A stretch of 64,000 nucleotides of DNA from Phoronis australis (Eukaryota > Animalia > Phoronida). The translations under genes were made by a program, and so were the position numbers. The number at the start of each line of letters is the position of its first letter. Position 1 is the first letter of the stretch. Shown one piece after another: positions 1 to 14,300 of the stretch. The notes below the pieces were generated by a model, which saw only the letters and a list, made by a program, of their open reading frames with translations, was not told where the DNA came from and ran no database searches. The DNA is taken from contig NMRA01000075.1 of the NCBI GenBank assembly GCA_002633005.1, positions 189,615 through 253,614 of the forward strand. Direction: 5' to 3'.

Positions 1-1799
1 CAGCTATCAGATGGGCATTCATATACTTTTTGAGGCTGCAATGCCATGTGCACCCTGTATAAGGGTGACTTGACGGGCAGCTAAAATGTATGACAAAAAT
101 ACTTCGATAGGGAATGGGCAGCAAGATGGTTATCATTGTGGGTCTTGCTTGAGGTGAAAGATAATACAGTGGTCATTAGGTTTTAAGTAGCCAAGGGCCA
201 CTTCTGTCTAAACAAATATCTGCACATTGTCCCTTTAGCCCTCAGCAAAGTCTTCTGTCTGTGGTTTGTATGGGACGTTCATAACAGCCAAAGCAACCTC
301 AGCAAACACTCCTTGTCACGGCGCTCAACACATACTACTTGAAATTTTAGTCTCTTCATTTTTGACTCTATTGATGAAAAGTTACAGGTAAATTTGTTAA
401 GGCGATACACGACCTTTTGTTTGTAAGTGCCAAACTGTCTGATGTGCCAGGTTGGGTCTATGCACGCTTTGAAACTTGATACCGCGTGTCAGTGAATGGA
501 GGGATTTTATGCTATTTAATACCTTCCTAACTATGAATGCTCACTTAAAAAGTGTTTACAAGTTGATAAAAAGATTTTATGGTGTTAAAGGGCCTCAAAG
601 GTGATTTTTGAAGTTAATAATGTGATCACTGTATTGTAAATGTTAGTGCCAGGATAATGCAGCTGGAATGAGAAAGTGTATTTAAGTCAATAAAGTATGC
701 AGTTTGCCTATTATTCTGTTAAGATATATATTATTCGAATTTAAATTGACTTTTGTCATTTCTTAGCGAAAAGTTTATGATTAGCACACTCGTTTGAATA
801 TAGCCTAACGTACCTGTAAACACCACGTTCATAGTAAAGTTTCAATTACAGTGTCACTTGTCTGAGTGGAACTGGAACAATCCAGTCTACTTTTTCCTTT
901 AACACTGAAAGAAGTTCTCAACGCCGCCATTTGTTAACTCAAACTGTTTTTCATTGACTGAGGTTTCATTCATAAGTACACAGATTTCATACTACAATGA
1001 AAATTACTGTCTGTTGAAGACAGTTAATCAATTGATACAGCCATGGTGTGATCAAACATCATATTTGCCAGGTGGGCTCCTGCCCTGTCTATCAAGGCAC
1101 CAATGGGCATCCTTTGAATCTATGCCCAATTTATTTGTTATTTTTCTTAATCAGTCTGCCAATCAGTAGCCAGGGGTTGTAGGTAGATGCATGTTATTCC
1201 ATAACATTAGCTACTGGTCTTTAGAAGGAGTTGATGAATTCACCTGTGAATAGCCTTTGGCTATGAAAATATTTGTTTTTAATTTTAAACTGAAATCGTG
1301 GATTGATTGGTCTGTTCTGAACAAGAAAACACAGAAGTCAAACATTTGTGGTTTCCGTGGTGAGACACGTGGAAAAAGTTAATGGTTAATGAAAAGAACA
1401 AGACCACACTGAATACAAATGTCACTGGCCATTCATGATGAGAGTGATTTGGCTTTGTAGGTAATGCCAACAAAATCCCGAAACACTAATATGCTGAATA
1501 CCTAGATCTAAGTGAGAAAGTGTGAATGGTCACTCACGAATTTATAAGACACACATTGGTTACTTAAATGGATTTACAGTAATATTCAATATTTAAAGTT
1601 GAATACTCTTTGATGCATTATGTACAAGCTGAAGAATTCATTATGACAACTCCCAAAAGATGTAGTTCTCAAAATAACCCAACATTCTAAAGCCTACATG
1701 TCATAAAGCCCTTGTTTTAACCTAGCCATATAAAACTGTTTTTCTAAATGTCTCCAATTAAGAAGCGTCTAATATTTGTTTAACTGTGACTACAAATGC

Positions 1800-2020
1800 C
1801 TGTAACTTATCCTTGAAGATCCAAGTTCTTGTTTGTGTTCTCACTGCCATAGGTGTTTTAGCAAAGTACAACAGGTATCAGTGGAGCACTTGTTGCTCTT
1901 TTCATATATTGATTCTCAACGAGGACCAATTGGTAACAATAAGCTGTTACAAGTGCTTTTAAATGTGAATGAAAGTGGTTTGAGAGGTTTTTGGAGAGGA
2001 AGGAGTAGCTTTAAATAGGT
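1800..2020 (+). mobile_element. Possible decayed LINE ORF2 C-terminus
   Basis: CSHC...VSVEHLLL..Y..SQR resembles the C-terminal CxxC..ExxxHxLxxC motif of non-LTR retrotransposons; heavily degenerate. Confidence 0.3.
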
Positions 2021-4713
2021 CTTGGAGGAGTGTGTAATTCTATTCAATTCATTGTCACAAGGGGCTCAGACCACACTTGGGGTAGTGCCTTATCAAACCA
2101 CTGTCTGAAAGGCCCACAGGACATACAGGATAAAGTTCACAAAGAGGAAGCAGTAATCTAATTCTTCTGTGGACATCTTGTTACATTAATTTTTGCATCT
2201 GAACATCGCATTACACAACTGTGGAATCTCTATGAGAATGAAGAAAAAATTAAAATGCGGATAACTTTCATGGAAGTGAAAATATTCAGACTGCAGTGGG
2301 CACTTGACTGAAAAAATGTGACAACGGTGACTTAAAATTTTACATGTTAAGAAGGTGACATTCAGGCATAATAATGGGTCAATCAATCAAACATTGAGTA
2401 GGGGGCGTAAAAGCAAGGTTGTAAAATCTGGGGGTGGTGGACCACATTTGCTTAAGTGCCTGGCAAGTGGNAGTGGGGGGTGGGGGAAATTGTAATTTTC
2501 GAACCAAAATGCCCGCGTAGTCCCTAAAAACCATGTGCTGTTTCTTGGCAATGTAGGGTTAGGAGGGTGTGTCCACAAAAAATCCATCTATGAAGAAAGT
2601 GGAAACGTTAAACAAATGACTGTTTGTGCATTGTGTTCATTTCTAAGGTACAAGGTAAAGAGCCGAATGCCTAATGTCAGCTTGTAAAGTTTCTACGAAC
2701 TGGTAATCGTGTGAAATGTTGTGAAAAATTCCTAATGCCTGTTTGCAAAGTTTAACAGTTACAATTACCCAAGCATCTGAACATCCATGTTGGCATTATT
2801 ATGAAAACAAACTTAACAAAAGAAAAATAATAACAATATTTTGATAGAACGCTCAAGGGTAGGTATAGGGTAGGAATCAAAACAGATACATAGTGTATCT
2901 TTTGCATGACAGCTCACAACTTAGGAACACATGGTTAATGATAAATACCGTACTATTCACTGGTTATTTGGGGTCACTATATTGCCGAATATTCCATAAA
3001 ATGATATCAAGGTGTTAGAATTGAAAGCAAGGCAATAATAGAGAAGGAAACGATTTGTATTTGACAAGGCTTTCACGGTCTATTTACCGCAGAGTGATCG
3101 GCAATTTACTGATGAAAGAAACCTAATCATTTATGTGTTTGTGTGTGTAACTATGACCTAAACACATGCTCAACGTTTTATATATTATTAAGGTTTCGTT
3201 TCTTATCAATTGAATTTGATAATTCTTGACTGTCCGAAATGAATTCAGTTGCATGAATTTACTTTACTCTCAGTAAAATAATGCATTTATACTCTGTTCC
3301 TAGAGCAGTTATGATAATTGGTTTGTAGAACATTTAGTTTCATCAAAACATAAAATCATATGGAAACATTAGAATCAACCATATGGGTACACATGTGGCC
3401 ACAAGGCATACATCAAGTCGTAAGTCATAATTATATGTTTGCCAGATTATTCTCAAATGCTGATCAAAGTAGCAGTGGAAGGGTACAGTCATGTTTGCGA
3501 CTTGTTTGTTTTTTGAACAATTGTCCCACATCCCTCCACAGCATTAGAATGTTTTGATTTTTGAATTTTTGAATGCTTTTGTGCTTCTACTCTCGACTTA
3601 CTCTTATTTTCTAGTGCATATTTCACGGGTATGGTTAAAAACGTCATCTGTGTGTTTGTGGGTGTCGGCGATGGAAATTTGCCCATTGCAGTACAGCCCG
3701 CTTTTTCATTGTAAAATTTTTGCTGTGGTACAGTTGGTATTACAATTTATTGTTGAAGTGTCATTGCTGTTAATCATTATCATCACCATTAGCATTATCA
3801 TTGTTATTATTGTTATTATTATGGCTTTTAACCAGTGTTGATGTACCACTAATACCTTGTAATAGTCCTGTAGCTACTAGAAAAGAAAAGAAAAGAATTT
3901 TTTCTTTTCTAAGATATACCAGTAATTTTGTAACATGTACTCCATCTTGTGATCACTTCACATACCAATGTGAAACCAGTATGCTTGTGAACAGGCAACA
4001 TAACTGACACTTGATCATAAGTACAACCTTTAGTTCTTAGGCAAACTTCAGTGATGATGTATATGTAAAGCATTTAAGTCCAGTAATCATTGGGACACTT
4101 CCTCAGTGCAAAGTTCTTTGACTGTGAAGCCATAAAGTCACATTCTTATGTGAACAATAGTTGAACTACCACACAACCCTAGTTAACATAAAAAACCTAT
4201 TAGCCAATAATAGCCAATAGTCAACATGTGTTGTAACCAATTGGGCACAAGTGTCAACATATCATGCTCAGCTAATGTGTCCACAAACACTTCAAGAACC
4301 ACCTGGTTACCCAGTAGTCTAGACAAGATGAGAGTGCTTTCAGATAGAGGCGTGGTTTCACCCACAATTTAAAGTGATATATTTCTTTCTGTCCACGAAT
4401 TCCCTTGTTCCTCCCAAACCATACATGCTTTTTAAAAAACTACATTTTGCCAAGTAAAGCTGGCTAAGAAAATCAAATTAAGTTTTAACTCTCATAAAAC
4501 AGTCTTGTTATATTTCTTGCTGTGGTAGAATTTTATTTCCATTACGATAAAAAATGATGCAGATTTTGTAGTCTATTGATCAGTCATGTAAAACCTGTGC
4601 TGAATGAGCAGTTCACAACTCTCATTAGGGTCCCCTTCCGTGTTGTACATTCACACTTCCAGCTTGCATGCCCTGTTGTCGCCGTTTAGTTTGCTACCAC
4701 CTTCATTTCACCT

Positions 4714-4750
4714 ATTGCCTGATGATGAGACATGTCTCAAAATATAGCAA
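4714..4750 (+). ncRNA. Degenerate minimal type I hammerhead ribozyme-like motif
   Basis: TTGC-CTGATGA-T-GAGAC AT GTCTC-AAAA-TATA-GCAA: stem I TTGC/GCAA, intact CUGAUGA, perfect stem II, but GAAA reads AAAA. Confidence 0.4.
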
Positions 4751-5221
4751 CTATTTCAACTTGTTTGTCTGTTATGTCTCTTGGTGTTTTGCTTCATAAC
4801 TACACACCTAAAGACAGGAAACTGTGAAGAGACTAACGAGCGAGCGAGTACTATATAGCTGTCTAACAAACAGTACAGTGATTATCGTGCAGGTTGTCAA
4901 CCACGTTTAACTAATCTTTAAGAATAAACATTCAGTTACAAACTGGTGACATCCTACACAAAACTCGCTTTCAAATGGCCTTGTTCTTTGAACATATTCC
5001 GTTGACCCCATTTTCTTGATCCCTATTATCCATCAATGGCCGGTCATGTTTATGGACTGTTTCACGACACCTTCGACAATAAGTTTGTACAAGAACTGCA
5101 AGTATCGCCAACTCTCAATATCACGGTCAGGTTCCAGGCTTTTTTGTGGATCACAGCAATTACCACATTATAGCAATGGCTTCAGAACAATAAACTGAGA
5201 CCTGGAACACCTTTTTCACCC

Positions 5222-5285
5222 TAGACGGATTAGAGAGTCTATTTGGGTGAGAGATATAGACGGATTAGAGAGTCTATTTGGGTGA
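5222..5285. repeat. 29-bp direct repeat x2
   Basis: TAGACGGATTAGAGAGTCTATTTGGGTGA at 5222-5250 and 5257-5285. Confidence 0.85.
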
Positions 5286-6244
5286 AAAAAAAAGAAAAAA
5301 GTGGCTCAGTTATGAACAGAGAAGATGGGGGATATAAATTGGTAAACTTTGGAAGAGTGTCATCACATCGCCACCTAGTGTCCAATAGCTTCCAAAGATG
5401 GCTGCTGTGAGTAGCCGAAACTGCCAAGGTACAACGTTTTTGCTTGGTTGTGTTAGATGATGTTCATTATTCATCATAACTTTCCCAAACGATTATGATA
5501 AACTTTAGCTAAAATGCTTTAGTTGGAATCGGTTCACTGACAGGTGTTTTCAATCCGAAAGTGTTCACCAGAGTGTTTCTATTGGGTTTTTGTGACTCTT
5601 TGAAGCATGGAAGATAATTCACTATGTTAGTCCGGATGTTGCACAAAAGATGGTTATAAGGCTTAAAAATGAATAAGATTGATATGTGGATTTGGAAACC
5701 ACTGTTGTCTGGAGCTGATATTTGTAATGACTCGCAACTAATTGTTACACTAAGATAAAAAATTAAGCTTTGTTAATAAGAGGATTTGTAATCCTGGTTT
5801 ATACAGTAAGTGAAACTTTATATCAGCTGGTGTATGAAGTATAATTTCAAAAATGAAGAAATGTCACAGTGTTATAGCGGTTGGAATCTGATCCACTTCC
5901 CTATTATGAGCATGTGTCCTTCTGACACTGCGTGGTTAAGTCACCTGAGTAAGTATGGTAGGTGCCCAAATTCATGGCACAAAATCTGAGCCTGTAACGT
6001 AAACCAGCGAACTAGTACTGTTACTATATTACAATCGCTCCCTTTAAATATGTGTGAAACTGAATTTTTAATAAAATTTTAAGTTTAATTTTTTAAAGAC
6101 GCAACTCTGTTTCGCTCTCTAAAACACGAAAATCGAAATAAACCCTTTACTCTCTCATATAGTTCATCCCAAAATAATCGTTACTGTGATAGGATTGAGT
6201 TTCCCTTTTCAACCCAAGTCACAGGAAATGTGTACAGGTGCCAT

Positions 6245-6330
6245 TTTTGAATAGGCAATTTCAGGGTTGGTAGACCTCAACAAACTCTGAAGCATTTTCT
6301 TGAGTCATTGGTGATTTCAGTGTTCTGGAA
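6245..6330 (+). repeat. Dispersed ~85-bp repeat (also ~13246-13330 and ~50935-51020)
   Basis: Shared core GCAATTT.AG.GTT..ACCTCAA.AAACTCTGAAGCATTTTCTTGA..TG.TTT..TGTTCT in three places. Confidence 0.6.
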
Positions 6331-8383
6331 CAGTAGTTTAGCATATTGTGAGACTGATTGCATGAGAGTATAAGGCCTAATTTGATGTTCACTTTTCAGC
6401 CAGCTTAAACAGGGTGGTCAGGTGAACCACAAAATGCCTGACCAACATTGAACAACATGGTGTGGTACTTCACTTTTTATTAAATGGTGAAATTGATGGA
6501 TAACAATTAGCTCAAAGAAAACCACACATTACTGTTGTGGCTCAAAATATTTTGTTAGTCTTGGGCAAATTTGGAACAGGTTCTGCCCTGCAACTGTATG
6601 CATTGAGTAGTTGAAGAAACTAGAAAAATAGTGTAATTGAATATTAAACATTGGTCTTTTCATTAATATTTTACAAAAATAGTTGGCAAACAGCAACTTT
6701 TCTGTTTTTCTAAAATGCTTACCTTGCTTCGATTCATCGAATTTTGATAGTTGAGTAATTGAATCTTTTTTCCTATTTTTTTGCCAAATTGACATAAACC
6801 TACTATGCAAAAGGTAAATGAAAATCCTCATTGCGGCATTTTTCAAATTTTTAGAAATTTACAAAAAACAACTTTAGTTTGTATGACTGGCATGAAAGTG
6901 TCGGATGTGGCGTCAAAACTTGTGGACAATTTGATGACTGTGATTTCATAGCAGCAAATATAGAAGTTTACCTGTTATTGTAATGCTACACACATGCATC
7001 ACTTTGCCCAAAGTTTAAGTAAATTCAGCAAAAGAATGTGGGCTTTGAACAGTGTTTACATTACAAGACAACAGGCCTTTTGTAGGTGGAATATGGGTGC
7101 AGGTTTTAAACCACAGTGTCATATTTTACCAAATCGTTTATAAAAACTTCCATGTATAAACTTTTAATGAAAGTTTATTTAAACAACTTCTTTACCTGAA
7201 TCTGATTGATAATATTTACCGTTGATCGTTCAACACGATGCAAAATGCTTGGTGACTGTTTGGGTATCATTTTAATACTGCTCACTTAAGCTGCCTTAGC
7301 CTGGAAAGCCTACAAAATTTCAGATACAATTAAAATCACCATGGATAACTGAAATGTGATTCAAATGTAGTGCCATTAATTATATTTCACTAGTTACATG
7401 ATATAGTGAGATTTATGAGAATCTATTAGCTCAAAGCAGTTTCCTCTCATGTAAAGGTCAGTACAGGTTTGATGATTATATTTTCGTTTGTCAGGTGAAC
7501 TTGTATAATCCAAATATCGAGTAAACTTTGTAAATACTATCAGTTTTTGGCAAAATTAGAACTAAGAGGAAAACAAAAACAAAGCTAGAGTGCAGCATGA
7601 AAACGACATTTCGGTATTAATCGAACATCTTCTTCAGGTACAATAGTCAGACAAAAAATCTCGTAACAGCTAATTGTTTACTTCACATCGCTATGCATGG
7701 CACAGGATCTATCATCAAATAGAAACTCTACCAGCCTGTATGCCCCAATGATCCTATTGGGTAATTTTTTAATGGTACACTCTATTCTGTGGTGCTGTAG
7801 GAGCAATAAAATCCTGTTCCCATGTTGATGTCTTCTAAATGGGAAAGATTTAAAAATCTTCTTCTGAAAAGATCCTGTCTCCCACCAGAAAATGTCTACA
7901 CTCTTTGCCAGAGCTTTGAGGGGTAGCTCTGTAAATTTAACCCTGCGGCTAGTTTTGATTAACAAAATAAAGTAACATTCAAACATTTTGATTGGTTGGA
8001 AAATAACATTCAGATATTTGACAAATACACCAGCATACTTCTCCATCTATTGAGAAGTTAAGTTTGTGACTTGTGGCTGCTGCAACTACGAGAATAGATG
8101 TAATCTATGCATTTTTGTCGTGGCATATATTCATGATAACAAATCATTAAATGAACACAACAAAACAAAAGAATTCAGAGTACTTTTCTGGCTCATTTCC
8201 CAATCATATGTTTATGGCAAACATCCAAGCTGAGGCATACACAATGATGCCCTTTTGCGAAGTTTCAGCGTGTCGCTCATCGTTCTTTATTTTTCAGGGG
8301 CACCTTCCTCCATAGGTGGCACTGTGACAGAATGCATCATTGAATTCCTAAATTCCTCATTACATTGCCATTCTTACCATCAG

Positions 8384-11300
8384 GTATCTTGGAACACTGA
8401 GTCTCAAGTCGAACCAAAATGGCGGCCGCTTGAAACGTGCTCAGAGCTGTGAGAACCTGTACTTTCTCACTTCACACCAGAGGGAGCTGTGCAAGAAATC
8501 GCATGATGTGGAGCTCATCGGTGAAGGAGCCGCCCTCGGTATTGAGGAATGCCAGGTACAGTTCAAGGCGTGGCGCTGGAACTGCTCAACATTCAACACG
8601 ACCAACGTATTTGGAAGGCTGCTAGATATCAGTAAGTACCTACAGGTCGATTGTATGCAACTGATACAGTTGTTATGGTAATTATTCACTCATTTTGCAC
8701 AAGAATTTTAATTAAAATTGCCAAAGTTACCACGATTCTAATTTTCAAAGGATGATTACCTTGGTGTAAATCAGGGAACAATGCCTACATTGTGGAAATC
8801 AAGTTAACAATAAACTAAGAAATGGTCATTTTGGCAGAGAAATTAGTCGAAATAAATTTCCCTTGTCCAATGTATTTTGTGCTAAGTAAGTGAAGATTTA
8901 TTGCATTAACAAAAACCCCAATTTGGTTTGAATTACAAACGATGGTGGCTTCTAAATGGAGGCTTGTCCAGATTATAACAGTTGCAACATTTAAAACTGG
9001 TTTATAGTATTTACACCGAGAGTTATAATATTTAAATCAGTTTAAAAGTTGTAACCGCCTTGGTGTGAACAGGGCAAAAGATCATATTCTCCTAAGAACG
9101 ACCTTTTGATGACACTCAGGGAATTGCCAAATCTATGTTCCATGAAATGAGCCAAGTTTCTGATGCCATATGAGGCATCAACCAGCCAGGGCACTCACTG
9201 CAGCCCCCAGTTAATCATGCCAACTAAAACGATGATTCGTTTTTGTTGTGATCACTTATTCCAACATGGTGGTGATATCAGTGGGGACACTGTTCATCAG
9301 AATAGAGGAGCATCCCTCCAGGAGTGTGACTGGTTCTTCTCTTTCATGTATCACAAAGTGGCTATAAACCTGCACTCCACCAAAGAAACAAACTTTTGAT
9401 TTAAACCACTTACTGCATAGAATTGTCCTTTACGCAGATGAAAAATGATTTGTGGGCAAACAATGGACAATTCGTTGAGAACATTCTTGGTGCATCATGG
9501 CATGATAAGCCAGAGAGCTTGCCCTGGAGGCTGGAAATCATCTATAATTTGACTATAAGGAACCATTTGGGATGAATTTCATAGTTTAAGTGGTCCAAAT
9601 GAAAATTTGCTTTTCACAACAGGCTTGTTTACACAGGCTTGAAATAAAAAAATCAGGCGTGTGATTTTGCGCCTAGTTGATTACTGGGGACCACTGCTTG
9701 AGGTGTTCTTAAAATATAACTACACAAACTAACCCTGAAATGTATACATGTTACACTTTCACTGAACACAGTTGTTGAGGAATGTCTTAATTTGTCCAAT
9801 TTTCCACTCAGTGGGAAATGACAAACACAGCCCTCAAGAAATGACAGTTTCAATAGTGAAGAAAGTGAAAGGTGGTGTTTTTATTTGTTGCTTATTTAAT
9901 TAACAAAGTAAAAGAATAACTTATAACACATTGTTCTTGCTTTTCGCATGCCATATGTCGAAGGCTTTGATGCAGTCAGTAGGAGGTTTAATATAATTAC
10001 AGTCTTAGATCTGTTTTAAGAGGCAGAGGATTATGACTTTCAGGGTAGAAAATGATTGGGAAGAGAAACGTTGAGAAAAATTGGAAGCCGTGTGAAGTGC
10101 CATCTGTTGTGAGGTTGAATACCGGTTTATTTTATAATATGAAGAAAAGCGAACATAGTTACAAGACATAAAGTGGAGTTCCTTGATTGCTTCAACAGGA
10201 AGATTTGTTATTGCTAGCTCAGTTTATTCCAGTTTGACCTAATTAACGCTTTATGTGTCTTTGAGTCAATTTGGTATCTTATAAAACCTCAGTGGTATTA
10301 CGTAACCAATTACTGTAAAACTTGTGAGCAAAACCTTGGTATAGTAAGTCAAATAGCAAAGACTGGCCATTCTTAATTATTTTTTTAATTTTTACTTTAA
10401 TTAACAATTGTACTCTCTTTAAAGACTTTTCTTACATGATGAGTCATAAGTTAACTAATTTATTATACCTAAGGATTCAAAGTCACCGACTTCAAAAATG
10501 AAGAAGGTGAAATTACAAACAACTAAATAAATAAAATTTTTGTGGTCACAGCATGTATTCGATGTGAGGATTGGAGTTGAAAGTTACATGTTTTCAATTA
10601 AGATTCAATTTGGCAAGTTAATTACAATTCAAGATAACAATCGTCTTAAGTTGTCCATTACTTGTTTTTTCAGTTTGCACATATCACTCATAAACAATTA
10701 TGCCTCAGACCATTCACTGCTATAGGTCTCAACTGCATCCTTACTCAGATGGGAAATGATTTCCAGACTTCGAAAGAACTAATGGTTTTTTTATTCCTTA
10801 ATTGAGTCCAATTGCTCGGCACATAAAATGACACTCTGTGACCAGCCAACTTACAGAGCCTGGCCTCAAGCAATCAAAGTTCCGAAATCATCTCCAAATT
10901 GTGAGGAGCAGTTTGAGACCAGTTTCAAAAGGGCGAGTGATCTGACTCAAAAGTTAGTTTTTGTGAAGAAAGGCAGGTTTATAGGTGCTTAAATTAAGAA
11001 AAAGTCAATAATACACAGGTACAGAAAGTAGTGGTTCATGCACAGATTGACCTTGTGTGTAACTTGCACACATACATTACAAAGGATTTGCGAGAGCGAA
11101 TGGGATTCTGGAGAAATGCCCATCTCAGACATGGCAAAGATTATTTTTAAATGCTCAACTGGCTTAATGCCCATCCCAATATGTATTTCCATTACTAACC
11201 CAGATTTGTAAGGTAACACAGTTTTCAACAGCAGAACAATCAATGAAGTTCCGCGTGGACTATTTCTGCTAGATGTATAAAGGTAAAATGGAAACCCTTG

Positions 11301-14300
11301 TTCCTTCAAATCTTTTCAAAATTACGTAAATTATAACTCATGAAATCCAATATTTCCAAGTCCTTAGTAAACTTATGTTATGCACATGAAAATAGTGCCC
11401 GAAGGTTTTTAGGCATGTGACCACATTTTTTTCTCAAAATTGTGTGTTTTCTATGGAGGTCACCAGGGAGACTTCCAGACTTTTACATGTAGCCTGAAGC
11501 TTTCAAACAGTAATATTCTCTTAGCGACATAACTGTCTGGAGTTTTCTTTTTTTATAGACTATGAGCTTGAGAACTTAGCTTTCGAAATGAAGACTTACA
11601 TTTGTGAAGAAATTCAGTCGCAAAACTTGCAATTCTCTTTATTCATTACTTAAAAATAATGCTCTTTAAGACTTCTTAGCTCAAGGTCTAAGAGTAAAAA
11701 AGAAAATTTTCACATGCCAAGTTACGCCGATCTTCCAAACAGATGGTAAACAATTGTTCTGTGACTTCACCGTTGGAGCATCATTTTTGGGCCATGCAAT
11801 ACACCTCTGTGTTATTCGAAATTCTAAAAATATGAACGTTTGCATGGTTTAAATAGAGAATATTTTACCTTTTATTGCAGATGGAAGAGAGAAAGCATTT
11901 GTGCATTCTATAATGTCTTCAGGAGTGATGCACATTATTACAAGGGCATGCGCTAGTGGAGAAATGATGCATTGTGGGTGCAATGAAGACATCAGATACA
12001 AGGACACAAAAGGTAATATCTTCAATACATTGATAACGTTAGTTTTTCCCAATTATTGATATGTGCTATTCATTTAGGTTTTACATTCAATGGAAATGAA
12101 GTATTTTTTGTTTTTGAGTTGACTTTTTACCAAAATTATTTGCAAAGATTGTGAGACATAAATTTGGCATATGACTTTATGAAAATGGCATGGAGAAAGC
12201 AACAAATTGCACGGTGGCGACACCTTCAAAATGATCAGGTAACAACTTCATGTTGTGGAAAGCTGATAAGGATGTACAACATTGTTGCCAACAGTTGAGA
12301 GTGACAAAACTCCGGGTACACCAGGATTGAAAGTTGGACATCCAGAAATAAAGCAGACAATCTGCATGCCAAAACACAAGGATGAAATGTCTCTGGTCAG
12401 ACGCAAAGTGCTCCAACAGGTTTTTTAAGTAGAATGGGAATGCAGGGCTCTATCGCTTGGAAATCACTCTAATATTTATTTACCTAAACACCATTCAACA
12501 AAGAATGGACTCACCGGAGACAGCCCAAGAGTTGTTATCTCTGCGGCGAAGGATGTTAAAGTTGAGTCTCCGATGAGTTGCCAGCAGTCACTGGTACGGT
12601 GCGCGGCTTTTGATGCTCTGCGGCATAGTCCTAACTATCCCCAATTCCCGTACCAGGATGAATTTTGAAAATAAGTCAATTTCACTACTTGTCAAAAAGG
12701 ACAATTTGATGGTGAGGGACACTGGACAAACCTTCAAAAAGTGGATGGAGTTGGCAAGTTTTTTGTGAGCCAAAACCAGAGAGCACGATCTGAGTTATCT
12801 CTACATGTGAATATAGGCAGATGAAAACAGCACGACATTATCTAATTGTAAAGTCGCTGGGGCATCAATCAAAAGCAATCCCAAGTCAGGCTGTTGAAAG
12901 CATTTCTGCCATTTTTTCACTGGGGTATACATTTAAAACGCTTCTTTAGCGCTGAACTTTTTTGAGGGGACTCACAAAATTACGTCAATTCCAGTATGGT
13001 GGATCTTGATGAGCCTGAATTCATGGTCGAGCCGGCCTCTATACCTGGTGACTGGGTGTGCTATTTCTTATTGACTATTCAGAAGAAAAAAGTACCTCTA
13101 CTGAAGCTTCAGTAATTCCCTAATATGCACAGAAGCATATCACTCTGAAGAAAGTGTTGAATTGTTGGCTGAGTGGTGTTTTAGGGTTTAAAAATATTAC
13201 TGAATGAATGACACTTCAAGTCATAGACAATGTGTACATGCGCCAATTTCGAATTTGCAATTTTAGAGATGGCCAACCTCAATAAACTCTCATGCGTTTT
13301 CTTGAGTAGTTGATGGTTTTGTGTTCTTAAAATGAAAGTACAATCCTCCTTTTGAGGTTGATTTTATGTAAATAAAAGGCGTAACTGATATTTGCTTTTT
13401 TACCAAGGCAAAATGGTGCTTAAAGCAGCATCTGTGATTGAATTTGATGTAACTATCCTCTTGGTCTAGATTATCAGCTCATTGTTAAATTTGTGTCTTT
13501 TGCATCATGCTCAGGTAAATTTGAATGGGGAGGTTGCTCACACGACACACGGTACAGCGACGGGTTTACTGCACAGTTTGTAGATAACCAGAAGGACAAC
13601 TCTGTCATTGATATGATGAACAAATGGAACAACAAGGCTGGCAGACAGGTAGGGACATCTATTGCTGAACCAGATGCATGAGATGACAGGAATGCCACTG
13701 GGATAATTATTCTACTCTGTAATTTTTTGAAAATCAAAAAAGTGTTAACTTTGTTAACCCAATTCGGTAGCCAAAAGCGAGATATACTTTTGTGTGGACA
13801 AATAGTTACCACCACAAGCAGTTCTGTCACCTATTGTGTTGGAGATTTGATAAAATGTTATTTCTCAGCATTATCAGAAATTCTCTAATCTCATCGGGCT
13901 GTCATTATACCACTGATGTGCTGTGGGATATTCAAATGATCCTGTGTGTCAGGAATAAAAAAGAGCGAGCGAAAGTCTCTTTTTTGCCACCCTCGCAACA
14001 CTAAAGTGTCGGATGTCCATTATTAGATTGAGTGTTATTTGTCATGAGCAAATTTAATTGATAGTAATTTAAAACATAATTTATGACAAGATTTTTTTAT
14101 TGAATTCATGTCAATCATATCTATATTTCATAAGAATGATATATGATACATATTGTTGACAAGGATTCGCATTAATGTTTGATATAATATTATTCATGCA
14201 AACTTTATAGTCAATCGTTATAATTTGTATCGCTGAATAAATCTATCTGGGGGAATAAACATTTACCAGAAGATGAATTCGTGTGCCATCACGCAGCTCG

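Noticed and set aside
5222-5285. 29-bp direct repeats as a CRISPR array
   Set aside because: Only two copies, a 6-bp spacer and eukaryotic context with no cas genes.
1-8383. Candidate Wnt signal-peptide first exon (e.g. hydrophobic ORF 3554-3841)
   Set aside because: No ATG-initiated hydrophobic exon ending in a phase-2 donor was found. The 3554 ORF is low-complexity ATT/GTT sequence. Exon 1 may lie outside the window or be missed.
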